Assembly (NCBI GenBank): GCA_012837885.1
Contig: DUQI01000051.1
Location: 1 to 59,332 of the forward strand
DNA length: 59,332 nt
DNA from: Fastidiosipila sp.
GTDB lineage: Bacteria > Bacillota > Clostridia > Saccharofermentanales > DTU023
Reading direction: 5' to 3'
The position numbers and the translations under genes were made by a program. The notes under the pieces are model-generated. The model worked only from the letters and a program-made list of their open reading frames with translations. It made no database searches and was not told the DNA's origin. Below, piece after piece: positions 27,197 to 35,660 of the stretch (the stretch's first letter is position 1; every line of letters starts with the position of its first letter).

Positions 27197-28263
27197 ACTT
27201 CCAGTTCCCTCTCACGGAAAAACCAATGCTTCGTCCGATTGGCAATTTTGACGAGTGCCAGCATGACAGGCACTTCAACCAAGACACCGACAATCGTTGC
27301 CAAGGCAACCGGAGACGTAGAGCCGAATAAGGCGATCGCGACGGCCACGGCCAGTTCAAAGAAATTTGACGCGCCAATCATGCCGGCCGGAGCCGCAACA
27401 CTGTGAGGAAGTTTAAGCTTCTTGCTGACAAGATAGGCGAGGAAGAAGATGAACACCGTCTGAACACTAAGGGGGATCGCAATTAAGAAGATATGCCATG
27501 GATTATTGAGGATTACGTCACCTTGGAACGAGAAGATGATAATCAAGGTCAGGAGCAATCCAGCGATCGTGATGTGCCTGAATTTAGGAAGAAATGTCTG
27601 ATGGAAGTAAGCACTGCCTCTGCTGCGAATGACTAAAAAGCGAGTGAGGATACCTCCAGCCAATGGAACAACCACAAACAACAATACCGAGAGTACCAAG
27701 GTCGGCCACGGTATCCGTATGCCACTAATCCCGAGGAGGAGAGCGACGATAGGCGTATAGGCCAACAAAATAATGAGATCATTCGTAGCGACTTGTACAA
27801 CCGTATAGGCAGCATTTCCCTTCGTGAGATAGCTCCAAACGAAAACCATAGCAGTACAGGGAGCAGCGCCAAGTAAAATAGCGCCTGCCAAATAGTCTTT
27901 AGCCAGGTCGGGTGGTATCCACGCTTTAAACACAACAAAGAAGAAGAAAGTAGCTATCGCATACATCGTAAAAGGTTTGATTAACCAATTGGTGATCCAG
28001 GTAACATAGAGTCCTTTCGGGTTTTTTCCGATATAGCGTACACTCGCGAAATCCACCTTCATCATCATAGGATAGATCATGAGCCAGATCAGTATGGCAA
28101 TCGGGATTGATACTTGTGCGTACTCAAATTTGCCTAAAAATGAAGGTATGCCAGGTAAGTACTTACCGATTAAAACGCCGGCGATCATACATAAAATGAC
28201 CCATATCGTAAGGTATCTCTCAAAGAAGCTTATGCCTTTATCGTCTTGTTTTCTGTCTCCCAT
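27193..28263 (-). CDS. acr3: ACR3-family arsenite efflux permease
   Basis: 356 aa, ~10 TM helices, conserved GAAPCTAMV motif. AGAGGA RBS. Confidence 0.85.
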   Translation of the reverse strand: MGDRKQDDKGISFFERYLTIWVILCMIAGVLIGKYLPGIPSFLGKFEYAQVSIPIAILIWLMIYPMMMKVDFASVRYIGKNPKGLYVTWITNWLIKPFTMYAIATFFFFVVFKAWIPPDLAKDYLAGAILLGAAPCTAMVFVWSYLTKGNAAYTVVQVATNDLIILLAYTPIVALLLGISGIRIPWPTLVLSVLLFVVVPLAGGILTRFLVIRSRGSAYFHQTFLPKFRHITIAGLLLTLIIIFSFQGDVILNNPWHIFLIAIPLSVQTVFIFFLAYLVSKKLKLPHSVAAPAGMIGASNFFELAVAVAIALFGSTSPVALATIVGVLVEVPVMLALVKIANRTKHWFFRERELEV

Positions 28264-28377
28264 GTCTTTTCCTCTATGCCCGTTCGCGGCATGTCTTAAT
28301 ACTCAAATGAATGGTATTTTCGTAAGATGACTGTCTTACTCATCAGTTGAAATATTTGACGACTATGCGATTGTCAT

Positions 28378-28857
28378 CTAAAGATCACCAACAACAGAAG
28401 ATACGCTCGGATGAAGGATTACGGTATTCGAGATATCGATTAAACGATCATTGAGGATGCGATCTTTTAGATCGCGTATTTTATTCTCGATTATCGTCAT
28501 GGTCGCTAAAAACACATCATCACTCTGGCCTGTCGGATCATCGAGCCCCCAATCCTCTCTGTGTTTAGCGGGAATTTCTGGACAGTAGACATTGCATCCC
28601 ATAGTCACAACGATATCGACGGGTGGAATATCGCCAAGTAGCTTTGGCACTTGTTCACGTTCCATATCAATACCGTACGTTTTTTTCATCAAGCGAACCG
28701 CATCTTGATTTATGCGATCTTTTGTCTCGGTGCCAGCTGAGTAGCTATCAAAAACACCTTTTGCCACATGCTTGCCAAGCGCTTCCGCAATCTGCGAGCG
28801 ACATGAGTTATGGACGCAAATGAATGCAACTTTAGGTTTTTCGTTTATCCCCGTCAT
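28378..28857 (-). CDS. arsC: arsenate reductase, LMW-PTP type
   Basis: KVAFICVHNSCRSQIAEA P-loop (CX5R) and TMGCNVYCP cysteine pair. GGAGGA RBS. Confidence 0.75.
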   Translation of the reverse strand: MTGINEKPKVAFICVHNSCRSQIAEALGKHVAKGVFDSYSAGTETKDRINQDAVRLMKKTYGIDMEREQVPKLLGDIPPVDIVVTMGCNVYCPEIPAKHREDWGLDDPTGQSDDVFLATMTIIENKIRDLKDRILNDRLIDISNTVILHPSVSSVVGDL

Positions 28858-28896
28858 TTCTATTCCTCCAGCTTGCCTATCCGCATGAATCGCTGT

Positions 28897-29196
28897 TTAT
28901 TGACAAATATGCTGGCCAACATCTGCGGTGCAGCTTAGTTTGTCGACAAATGCCTTATAAGCCTGAAGTGTTTCACAGTTGATATGGTAGTAACTCCACT
29001 TCCCCTCTTTGCGCATTTCGACAAGACCGGTTTCGGTCAACTTTTTCATGTGGTATGACAGCGTCGGCTGTGTGATATTAAATCGTTCCAATAATTCGCA
29101 GGCACACTTCTCTCCGTCACCTAGCATTTCAATAATCTGCAAACGATTCGCATCGCTTAGGCTCTTACATATCAACGCTGCATCAATCGCATTCAT
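28897..29196 (-). CDS. arsR: ArsR/SmtB-family metalloregulator
   Basis: wHTH with a CAC metal site (GEKCACELLERFNITQPTLSYHMKKL). Start set at ATG 29196 because the longer ORF-track version (29259) would run through its own promoter. Confidence 0.85.
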   Translation of the reverse strand: MNAIDAALICKSLSDANRLQIIEMLGDGEKCACELLERFNITQPTLSYHMKKLTETGLVEMRKEGKWSYYHINCETLQAYKAFVDKLSCTADVGQHICQ

Positions 29197-29208
29197 TCCG
29201 CCTACCTC

Positions 29209-29259
29209 ATATCGATGTTTATCTATATGTACAATATCGAGGATAAAGTAGCCTGTCAA
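29209..29259 (-). promoter_or_regulatory. ars promoter (TTGACA-17-TATTGT) with 8-4-8 inverted repeat operator candidate
   Basis: On the minus strand: -35 TTGACA (29254-29259), -10 TATTGT (29231-29236), then ATATAGAT-AAAC-ATCGATAT (29209-28) between the -10 and the RBS. Confidence 0.5.
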
Positions 29260-29371
29260 GCGTCAAATGCTGTCAGTTCACTCGGTTACAAAATTGCGCA
29301 TGTGCGCTGATTTTAACGTTATCTGCTGTTTAGATGAGATTAACGACCTTCAACTTCTTTATTCTTCCTAT

Positions 29372-29455
29372 TATCGTTTTCAACGCATCGAGACAACCCA
29401 TAACCTCACACCGTTTAGAGCACTGGAAGGCAATAAAACGCTTATGGACGAATAG
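29372..29455 (+). pseudogene. 3' remnant of a diverged DUF438 gene copy
   Basis: Translates ..YRFQRIETTHNLTPFRALEGNKTLMDE*, compared with the intact gene end ..YLGVVETTENIAPFRALEGNKTLMDE*. There is no upstream coding continuity. Confidence 0.55.
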
Positions 29456-29488
29456 CGGCGAGTACGGTGTAAAGACCGTCGCCGTGTC
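29409..29488 (+). repeat. right copy of 80-bp direct repeat
   Basis: 77/80 identical to 26430-26509. Contains the true 3' end of the methyltransferase gene. Confidence 0.9.
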
Positions 29489-30173
29489 CTTCCAGCACCT
29501 CGAAGGTGTCGTCCTCACCGACGACCTGTGAGACCGTGTGACACCAAAACCCGTGTGATTCGATCAGCTCCATCAGCTGATCCGCGGTGAGAAACGAAGC
29601 GTACTCAAAGAACGGCAAATCATTCTGAGCGGCCACCAGCTGCCTGCCTTCTTCACTGGCTGCATTTAAAAACGCGATGATCAACCGCCCTCCCGGACGA
29701 AGCACCCGCTTCGCCTCCGTGAGGGCGGTATGCTTATCCGCGACAAACTCGAGCGATGTGAGAAAAGCGACATAATCGAAACGACCGTCCGGAAACGGCA
29801 GATCTTCCGCGACACCTTCATCTAAGAGCACCTCATGCGTCTTCGCGATCTGGCGCATGTTCTTGGCCGGTTCGATCCCGCGGTCGATGCCGAGCGCTTT
29901 CATAAAGCGCCCCGATCCGGCACCGACCTCGAGACCATAACCGTCGGGTATGATGGCCTGCAGCGCAGCGACTTCGGCTTCAAATAGTCGTTCATTCGCG
30001 TCGTACCAGACGTCGTACTCTACCGCCAGGTCGTCGTAGCGCTCGACATTATTGCCGACAGGTATCAAGGGTTGTATCTCAGTAAACTCGGCTTGAGATA
30101 GTCCTTCATTGTCGTCGTTCCTGACGTCGTATTCCCGCGTCCGTTCCTCGTGGCGTTCGCCATTCTTATTCAT
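29442..30173 (-). CDS. class I SAM-dependent methyltransferase (Methyltransf_11-like)
   Basis: Motif I LEVGAGSGRF, post-I acidic residue, and RVLRPGGRLII. The ATG overlaps the stop of the upstream ABC ATPase (ATGA at 30170-30173). Confidence 0.8.
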   Translation of the reverse strand: MNKNGERHEERTREYDVRNDDNEGLSQAEFTEIQPLIPVGNNVERYDDLAVEYDVWYDANERLFEAEVAALQAIIPDGYGLEVGAGSGRFMKALGIDRGIEPAKNMRQIAKTHEVLLDEGVAEDLPFPDGRFDYVAFLTSLEFVADKHTALTEAKRVLRPGGRLIIAFLNAASEEGRQLVAAQNDLPFFEYASFLTADQLMELIESHGFWCHTVSQVVGEDDTFEVLEGHGDGLYTVLAAIRP

Positions 30174-30943
30174 CGTTCAGTGACTTCTCCATTTTTCTCA
30201 CTACCGGCACCGAGATGAATGCCTTCTCTCGTCGTATAGAGCAGATCGACAAGCGTCGCCAGTGCTTCATCTTTTTTACCCTCTTCCACTTCGACCGGCG
30301 GGTGCAAGGCGGCCGGTCTGCCTGCCGACAGCACATAGATGCGGTCGGAGAGAGCCAAGGCCTCATCGAGATCGTGAGTGATCAGGAGAATCGTCAGACC
30401 GAGCTCCTTTTGCAGCGACTTGATCCAGACGTGAAGATCTTTTCTCGTAATCGCGTCGATTCCGGCAAACGGTTCATCGAGCAGTAAAATCTCACCGCCG
30501 TATAGATACGTGCGTAAGAGCGCCGCGCGCTGGCGCTGTCCGCCCGATACCTCGGACGGGAAACGCCGTTCCAAGCCTTCGAGACCGAAACGCGGCAGGA
30601 ATTCACCTGCTTTCTCCCTGGCGTCACGCCGTGACATCCCTTCCAAGACGTACGGCAGAGCGATGTTGTCGATGATCCTTTTCCACGGCAAAAGCAGATC
30701 TTTTTGCAGCATGTAGCCGACTTTTCGCTTGACCGTCACGCTGCCTGCATCCGGCCGGTCGAGCCCCGCCAGGATGTTAAAGAGCGTCGTTTTACCGGAT
30801 CCCGACAAGCCTAAAATAGAGGCGAACTCGCCTTCTTTCAAGACGAGATCGATATCCTCAAAGATCAACGGGTCGTCGTCGAACGACCGGCTGAGGCCGG
30901 TCGCCGACAAGACCGTCTCTGTTTCCTTAGGGAATGAAGTCAA
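30170..30943 (-). CDS. ABC transporter ATP-binding protein (NitT/TauT family, ThiZ-like)
   Basis: Walker A GLSGSGKTT, signature VSGGQRQR, Walker B ILLLDEPF. Confidence 0.8.
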   Translation of the reverse strand: MTSFPKETETVLSATGLSRSFDDDPLIFEDIDLVLKEGEFASILGLSGSGKTTLFNILAGLDRPDAGSVTVKRKVGYMLQKDLLLPWKRIIDNIALPYVLEGMSRRDAREKAGEFLPRFGLEGLERRFPSEVSGGQRQRAALLRTYLYGGEILLLDEPFAGIDAITRKDLHVWIKSLQKELGLTILLITHDLDEALALSDRIYVLSAGRPAALHPPVEVEEGKKDEALATLVDLLYTTREGIHLGAGSEKNGEVTER

Positions 30944-32051
30944 GCGTGTAGGCCTCCTCTACATTGATCTCCGATTCCAAAATATCTTCACTGGCGAGCC
31001 AACCGGCAAAATCGGTCCAGCGTTCCGGTTTCATCTCGCCCCACTTTTCTGCGTCCGCGATGTACTGGGTATTCAGGTACTCTTGCGATTTGATAACGAG
31101 CTCGCGGTCGAGTTCCGGGGCTTCCTTCATCAACGTATCGACGGCCAGCGCATGGTCTTCGATCGCCTTTTCATAGCCGCGCTTCGTCGCGCGCAGGAAT
31201 GCTGCGATCAGGTCCGGATCCTCTTCGATCAACGCTTCACTCGCGATAATCGTCGGTGAGTAGAAATCGAGCTGCGGATCGACATCCTGGAGCAGGATGA
31301 AGTCGATCGGATAGTCCTTGAGTTCGGCATTAACACCGTCCCAGCCCCAGTAGATCCAGGCGAAATCGGCTTCCGTCTCCATACTCGCGATGTAATCGGT
31401 CGCACTCTGGGTGATCACGGTCACTTCGTCGGGATCGGCATTTTCTTTTTCCATCAGATAGGAGATGAACGCCATCTCGAGTTCGGTGCCCCAGCCACTG
31501 TAAATCTTTCCGGCAAAATCCTTCGGCGACTCGATCTTACGATCGGCCGGTGAGGCAAAGCCTGACGTGTTGTGCTGCAAGACGGCAGCGACGGACACGA
31601 CCGGCACCTTGGCAAACGACGCTCTCGCCTGCAACACCTGCTCCTGACTCGCAATGCCGAGATGAGCCGCACCGGACGCCACCATTTCGATGAAGGCCAT
31701 GTCTGACTGTTCGATCCGTACATTCAGTCCTTCTTCTTCGTAGTAACCGAGATCTCTTGCCAGAAAGAGACCGGTATGGTTCGTGTTCGGTACCCAGTCG
31801 AGGGCGAAGACGACCTCACGAAGCTCCTTCTTAGGTGTTTCACTCGGATCGGTGGCGGGCGACGTATCCGTAGTCTCTTTTGTCTGAGTCGGCTCGACCG
31901 TCGGAGATTCGGTCGGTGGCGCTGTCGTCGTTGTTGTTGAAGCCGGTGTCGTCTGACAGGCACTCAGCAATAACACCATCGTTAAGATAGCCGTCAAAAG
32001 GCCTGTGAGGATGAATCGTTTAGAGCGCGGTTGCGCGTTTTCTTGTCGCAT
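30927..32051 (-). CDS. lipoprotein substrate-binding protein, NMT1/THI5-like (ThiY-like)
   Basis: Lipobox LLLSAC, Thr/Pro-rich linker, then an NMT1/THI5-type periplasmic binding fold (LDWVPNTNHTGLFLA...). Confidence 0.7.
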   Translation of the reverse strand: MRQENAQPRSKRFILTGLLTAILTMVLLLSACQTTPASTTTTTAPPTESPTVEPTQTKETTDTSPATDPSETPKKELREVVFALDWVPNTNHTGLFLARDLGYYEEEGLNVRIEQSDMAFIEMVASGAAHLGIASQEQVLQARASFAKVPVVSVAAVLQHNTSGFASPADRKIESPKDFAGKIYSGWGTELEMAFISYLMEKENADPDEVTVITQSATDYIASMETEADFAWIYWGWDGVNAELKDYPIDFILLQDVDPQLDFYSPTIIASEALIEEDPDLIAAFLRATKRGYEKAIEDHALAVDTLMKEAPELDRELVIKSQEYLNTQYIADAEKWGEMKPERWTDFAGWLASEDILESEINVEEAYTLDFIP

Positions 32052-32817
32052 GTTTTTTCCTTTCGTTGCGAAGCCACGGTGTGAACAGATATTCGAGCAA
32101 CGTGGACAATAAATAGATGATTAAACTCAAAAGTACGATCCAGACGATCGAGGCAAACATCCGGTCATAGGCGTAGGACCTCTTCGTCCGCATCATGTAG
32201 ACACCGAGTCCGAGACCGGAGCCGGACCATTCCGACAGCACGGCTGCCGTCACGCAGTACGTCGCCGAGATCTTCAAACCGGCAAAGAACGACGGCAGGG
32301 ATGCCGGTAGTTTGACGTGTAAAAGCGTCTCCGCTTCGTTCGCTCCCATCGAACGCATCAGCCGAATCAGATCGGGATCGACCGTATAGAGCCCCTGCAG
32401 GAAGCTCAAGGTTAACGGGAAGAAGCAGACCAGCACGACGACGACGAGACGGGGCCAGGTGCCAAACCCGAAGAGCAACACGATGACCGGCGTGATGACA
32501 ATCGTCGGAATCGTCTGAGACGCGACGATCAAGGGGTAGAAGGCACGGTAGAGCCAGCGTACACGCTCCATCAGAATCGACATCAGGCTGCCGAATAAGA
32601 CGGCGAGCACGAAACCGATCAAGGCGATCTCGGTCGTCACCCGGATATGCGGCCAGAGCAGATGATGCTGTTCGACCATCGCTGAAAAGACAGCCGTCGG
32701 CGGCGGGATGATGAAGTCACGGATCACGCCGATGCCGGTCAAAAGCTGCAAGAGCAAAAGCAAAAGCACGATGATCAGGACAGGCGGCCAGATCAGTTTG
32801 AAACGACGATAGGTCAC
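32020..32817 (-). CDS. ABC transporter permease (ThiX-like)
   Basis: 265 aa, 6 TM helices, EAA-like loop (MRSMGANEAETLLHVKLP). Confidence 0.8.
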   Translation of the reverse strand: MTYRRFKLIWPPVLIIVLLLLLLQLLTGIGVIRDFIIPPPTAVFSAMVEQHHLLWPHIRVTTEIALIGFVLAVLFGSLMSILMERVRWLYRAFYPLIVASQTIPTIVITPVIVLLFGFGTWPRLVVVVLVCFFPLTLSFLQGLYTVDPDLIRLMRSMGANEAETLLHVKLPASLPSFFAGLKISATYCVTAAVLSEWSGSGLGLGVYMMRTKRSYAYDRMFASIVWIVLLSLIIYLLSTLLEYLFTPWLRNERKKHATRKRATAL

Positions 32818-33125
32818 TTATTGTGGCGCTCCATCGCCGGTTTGACGCTGTCTAAAAATCCGCAGCCGAGCTCTCCTTCACCGGAGAACACCTTGATCAG
32901 GGAGAAGACGGACGCGACGCCCTCGTCATGCGCGATACGAATCGCCTCCCTGGCGATCTCGAATAAGCGGTCGAGTTCACCTTCGATCACGGTGTCCATC
33001 GGACCGACGACATAGCTGATGTCGTCTTGTTCCTTCAGCATGTCGAGGACGAGATCGACGATGCGATACGCCTCCTTCATGTTCGTTTGCGGTAATAACT
33101 GCAAACTGATACTCGCTTTGGGCAT
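32814..33125 (-). CDS. MTH1187/YkoF-family thiamine-binding protein
   Basis: ~100-aa protein (ISLQLLP...VGPMDTVIEGE...) directly downstream of a TPP riboswitch. Family assigned from memory. Confidence 0.65.
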   Translation of the reverse strand: MPKASISLQLLPQTNMKEAYRIVDLVLDMLKEQDDISYVVGPMDTVIEGELDRLFEIAREAIRIAHDEGVASVFSLIKVFSGEGELGCGFLDSVKPAMERHNK

Positions 33126-33262
33126 AAAAAAACCTCCTTCGTAAGGAGGGGCAAAAAGCTGATATGGCGATCGCTCCCTCCGCCGGCATAACCCGGATCA
33201 GGTTCTAGGGTCGACCTTCTAAAGGCCCTCTCAGTCGCTCCAGCGACTCCCCTGAATCTAGG
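33126..33262 (-). promoter_or_regulatory. TPP (THI-box) riboswitch with terminator / SD-sequestering expression platform
   Basis: The minus strand reads AGGGGAGUCGCUGGAGCGACUGAGAGGGCC...ACCCUAGAACCUGAUCCGGGUUAUGCCGGCGGAGGGA, containing the conserved CUGAGA and ACCUGAUCnGGnUAAUGCCnGCG..GGGA cores. This is followed by hairpin ccuccuu-acg-aaggagg plus U7 immediately before the AUG. Confidence 0.9.
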
Positions 33263-33319
33263 TCGAGCGTATCACGAAGAAGTGGTCAAGTAAAGTGACA
33301 AGAAAGACTGTCCGGCACG

Positions 33320-33697
33320 TTACATATCCTGCGCATCGCGGTTTTCCTTGTACTGCTCCCAGTACCGTTTCCCGAGATGGACAGACAGCCAGAGATTGGC
33401 GACCGTCATCAAGGCGACGGCCACGATGGCAAAAATCCTCTGATTGCCGGTGATCTCGCCGGTAAAAAGACCTTTGAACAACTGGTAGATGTAATACCAG
33501 ACCAGAAGCACGCCGAGCGTCTGAAACGTCTGACGCCGATCCGGACGTTTCAAGCCTTCCGGCTCGTCTTCCGGCTGATCGTCCTGCGGCGTTTCCGGAT
33601 CCAAAAGATCCGTCTCTTCCGGCATGGTGACCGGCTCGACCTCGGTTAACGGTTCGTGCGGTTCTTTTTGCTCCGGTCTATCCAATTGATCATTCAT
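33320..33697 (-). CDS. hypothetical small membrane protein with acidic N-terminal tail
   Basis: 125 aa with a D/E/P-rich N-terminal half and two TM helices. AGAGG RBS. Confidence 0.4.
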   Translation of the reverse strand: MNDQLDRPEQKEPHEPLTEVEPVTMPEETDLLDPETPQDDQPEDEPEGLKRPDRRQTFQTLGVLLVWYYIYQLFKGLFTGEITGNQRIFAIVAVALMTVANLWLSVHLGKRYWEQYKENRDAQDM

Positions 33698-33827
33698 CCG
33701 TTTTTACCTCTTGTCATCACTGAGATAGCGGTTATCTTATCAGCTTTCCTCCTTCTTGACCAACTGCGCGGCCTCATATAGCATGATTTTGGAGTAAATG
33801 AACCAATAAATGTATGACGGAGGTCAC

Positions 33828-35456
33828 ATGAGTAACGCTGTTTTTACTGTCCCCAACGCCTATAACGAACCGGTACGCGAATACGCCCCGGGAAGTCCCG
33901 AACGATCGAATTTGAAGATGGAACTGGAACGCCAGAGCCAGCTGCAAGTGGACATCCCCGTCATCATTAACGGCGAAGCGTTTTACACGAAAAAGACGGA
34001 AGCCATCTACATGCCGCATAACAAGACGCATAAACTCGGCCAAGCCCATCTGGCAGGCAAAAAAGAGATGAAGCTTGCGATCAAGACGGCACTCGAAGCC
34101 AAAGAGGCCTGGGCATCGAAACCGTTTTATCACCGTGCGGCGATCTTTTTGAAAGCGGCAGAGCTCTTGGAAGAAGAATGGCGTGATCGGATCAATGCGT
34201 CGACCATGCTCGGGCAGAGCAAGACGGTGCATCAGGCGGAGATCGACGCAGCGTGTGAACTGTGTGACTTTTTACGTTTTGGCGTGAAATACGCCGAAGA
34301 GATCTATCAACAGCAACCGGTCAACGCTAAAGGCGTCTGGAACCGTCTCGAATACCGGCCGCTCGACGGCTTCGTCATGGCCTTGTCTCCATTCAACTTC
34401 ACCTCGATCGGCGGCAATCTGGCGATCACCCCGGCCTTGATGGGCAACACCGTCATCTGGAAACCGGCTAGAACAGCGACCTTGTCGAACTACTATATCT
34501 ATCAGCTCCTGATCGAAGCCGGTCTGCCGAAAGGCGTCGTCTCCTTCCTACCTTCATCCGGCAGAGACGTCAGTGAGAATATCCTGAGCGATCCGAACCT
34601 CGGCGGCTTCCACTTCACGGGCTCGACCGCCGTCTTCAACTCCGTCTACAAGATGGTCGGAGAGAACATCGAAAAGTACAAACAGTATCCGCGTCTGGTC
34701 GGTGAGACAGGCGGCAAGGACTTCATCTTTGCCGATCCGACCGCCAACATCAATCATCTTGTGGCGGCGATGGTAAGAGGGGCGTTCGAATATCAGGGGC
34801 AGAAGTGCTCGGCCGCATCACGAGCCTATATCCCGAAGAGCATCTGGCCCGAAGTTAAAAAACGCCTTCTCCTGGAGATCAGCAACTTGAAAGTCGGCGA
34901 CGTCACCGACTTTAGAAACTTCATGGGCGCCGTCATCGATCAGGCGGCATACGACAAGATCACGAGCGCGATCAAGGATGCTGAAAAGTCGGAAGACGCG
35001 GAAGTTCTGGTCGGCGAATACTCGGATGAAAAAGGGTACTTTATCACGCCGACCGTGATCCTCGCGAAAAAGCCGGATTATCTTACGATGGTCGAAGAAC
35101 TATTCGGCCCGGTACTGACGATTTATGTCTACGCCGACAAAGACATCGAGAAGACGTTGAAACTCTGCGACGAGACGACGCCGTACGCACTGACCGGCGC
35201 GATCTTCTCGACCGAAAGAGAGTCGATCATCCGTATGGAAAAGGCGCTGACCTATGCAGCCGGTAACTTCTATATCAACGACAAACCGACCGGCGCCGTC
35301 GTCGGCCAGCAGCCGTTCGGCGGCTCCCGAGCCTCCGGTACGAACGACAAGGCCGGCAGCAAGATGAATCTCTATCGCTGGGTAAACCCGCGGACGATCA
35401 AGGAAAATCTGTTGCCGACGGCCGATATCGCCTATCCGTTCATGCAGGAAGAGTAA
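33828..35456 (+). CDS. pruA: L-glutamate gamma-semialdehyde (1-pyrroline-5-carboxylate) dehydrogenase
   Basis: ~540-aa aldehyde dehydrogenase with the PruA-type N-terminus (FTVPNAYNEPVREYAPGSPER), VGETGGKDF, and catalytic FEYQGQKCSAASR. GGAGG RBS precedes ATG 33828. Confidence 0.9.
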   Translation: MSNAVFTVPNAYNEPVREYAPGSPERSNLKMELERQSQLQVDIPVIINGEAFYTKKTEAIYMPHNKTHKLGQAHLAGKKEMKLAIKTALEAKEAWASKPFYHRAAIFLKAAELLEEEWRDRINASTMLGQSKTVHQAEIDAACELCDFLRFGVKYAEEIYQQQPVNAKGVWNRLEYRPLDGFVMALSPFNFTSIGGNLAITPALMGNTVIWKPARTATLSNYYIYQLLIEAGLPKGVVSFLPSSGRDVSENILSDPNLGGFHFTGSTAVFNSVYKMVGENIEKYKQYPRLVGETGGKDFIFADPTANINHLVAAMVRGAFEYQGQKCSAASRAYIPKSIWPEVKKRLLLEISNLKVGDVTDFRNFMGAVIDQAAYDKITSAIKDAEKSEDAEVLVGEYSDEKGYFITPTVILAKKPDYLTMVEELFGPVLTIYVYADKDIEKTLKLCDETTPYALTGAIFSTERESIIRMEKALTYAAGNFYINDKPTGAVVGQQPFGGSRASGTNDKAGSKMNLYRWVNPRTIKENLLPTADIAYPFMQEE

Positions 35457-35540
35457 AGCACCGACCTGGAAATAACCGTCAAGGTAAACGAAAAAACGAA
35501 AAAATAAAAAAAAGAAGAAAATAAGAAAATAAGAACGACT

Positions 35541-35580
35541 AAATCAAACGCCGATTCCCGTAAGAATCGGCGTTTGATTT
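35541..35580. terminator. bidirectional terminator
   Basis: 17-bp stem aaatcaaacgccgattc/gaatcggcgtttgattt with loop ccgtaa, between convergent pruA and the dehydrogenase cluster. Confidence 0.8.
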
Positions 35581-35660
35581 GTTTATCTCAATCTATTTTT
35601 AATGGTTCATCATTTACCTCAAGGTCAGAAGACGAACAACGATTGTATTGACTGAGCAGA

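Larger units (their letters stand above)
26510..29408. other. AT-rich arsenic-resistance cassette (probable horizontally acquired insert, no mobility genes)
   Basis: Lies between the two 80-bp direct repeats. Sampled 60-nt lines are ~35-45 % GC versus mid-50s in the flanks (by eye). All genes are on the minus strand: arsR-arsC-acr3-arsC2-orf95. Confidence 0.7.

Noticed and set aside
28264-28377. 115-bp gap between arsC and acr3 as a possible small RNA or internal regulatory element
   Set aside because: Only short weak hairpins (6-bp stems) and a 4-codon mini-ORF are present, with no terminator or promoter consensus. It is most simply an untranslated spacer within the ars transcript.
35457-35540. 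A-rich repetitive tract (gaaaataa-gaaaataa, aaaacgaaaaaacgaaaaaa) after pruA as a possible repeat array or CRISPR-like feature
   Set aside because: It is low-complexity A-rich spacer sequence with no regular repeat-spacer periodicity. It sits next to a bidirectional terminator in an ordinary convergent intergenic region.
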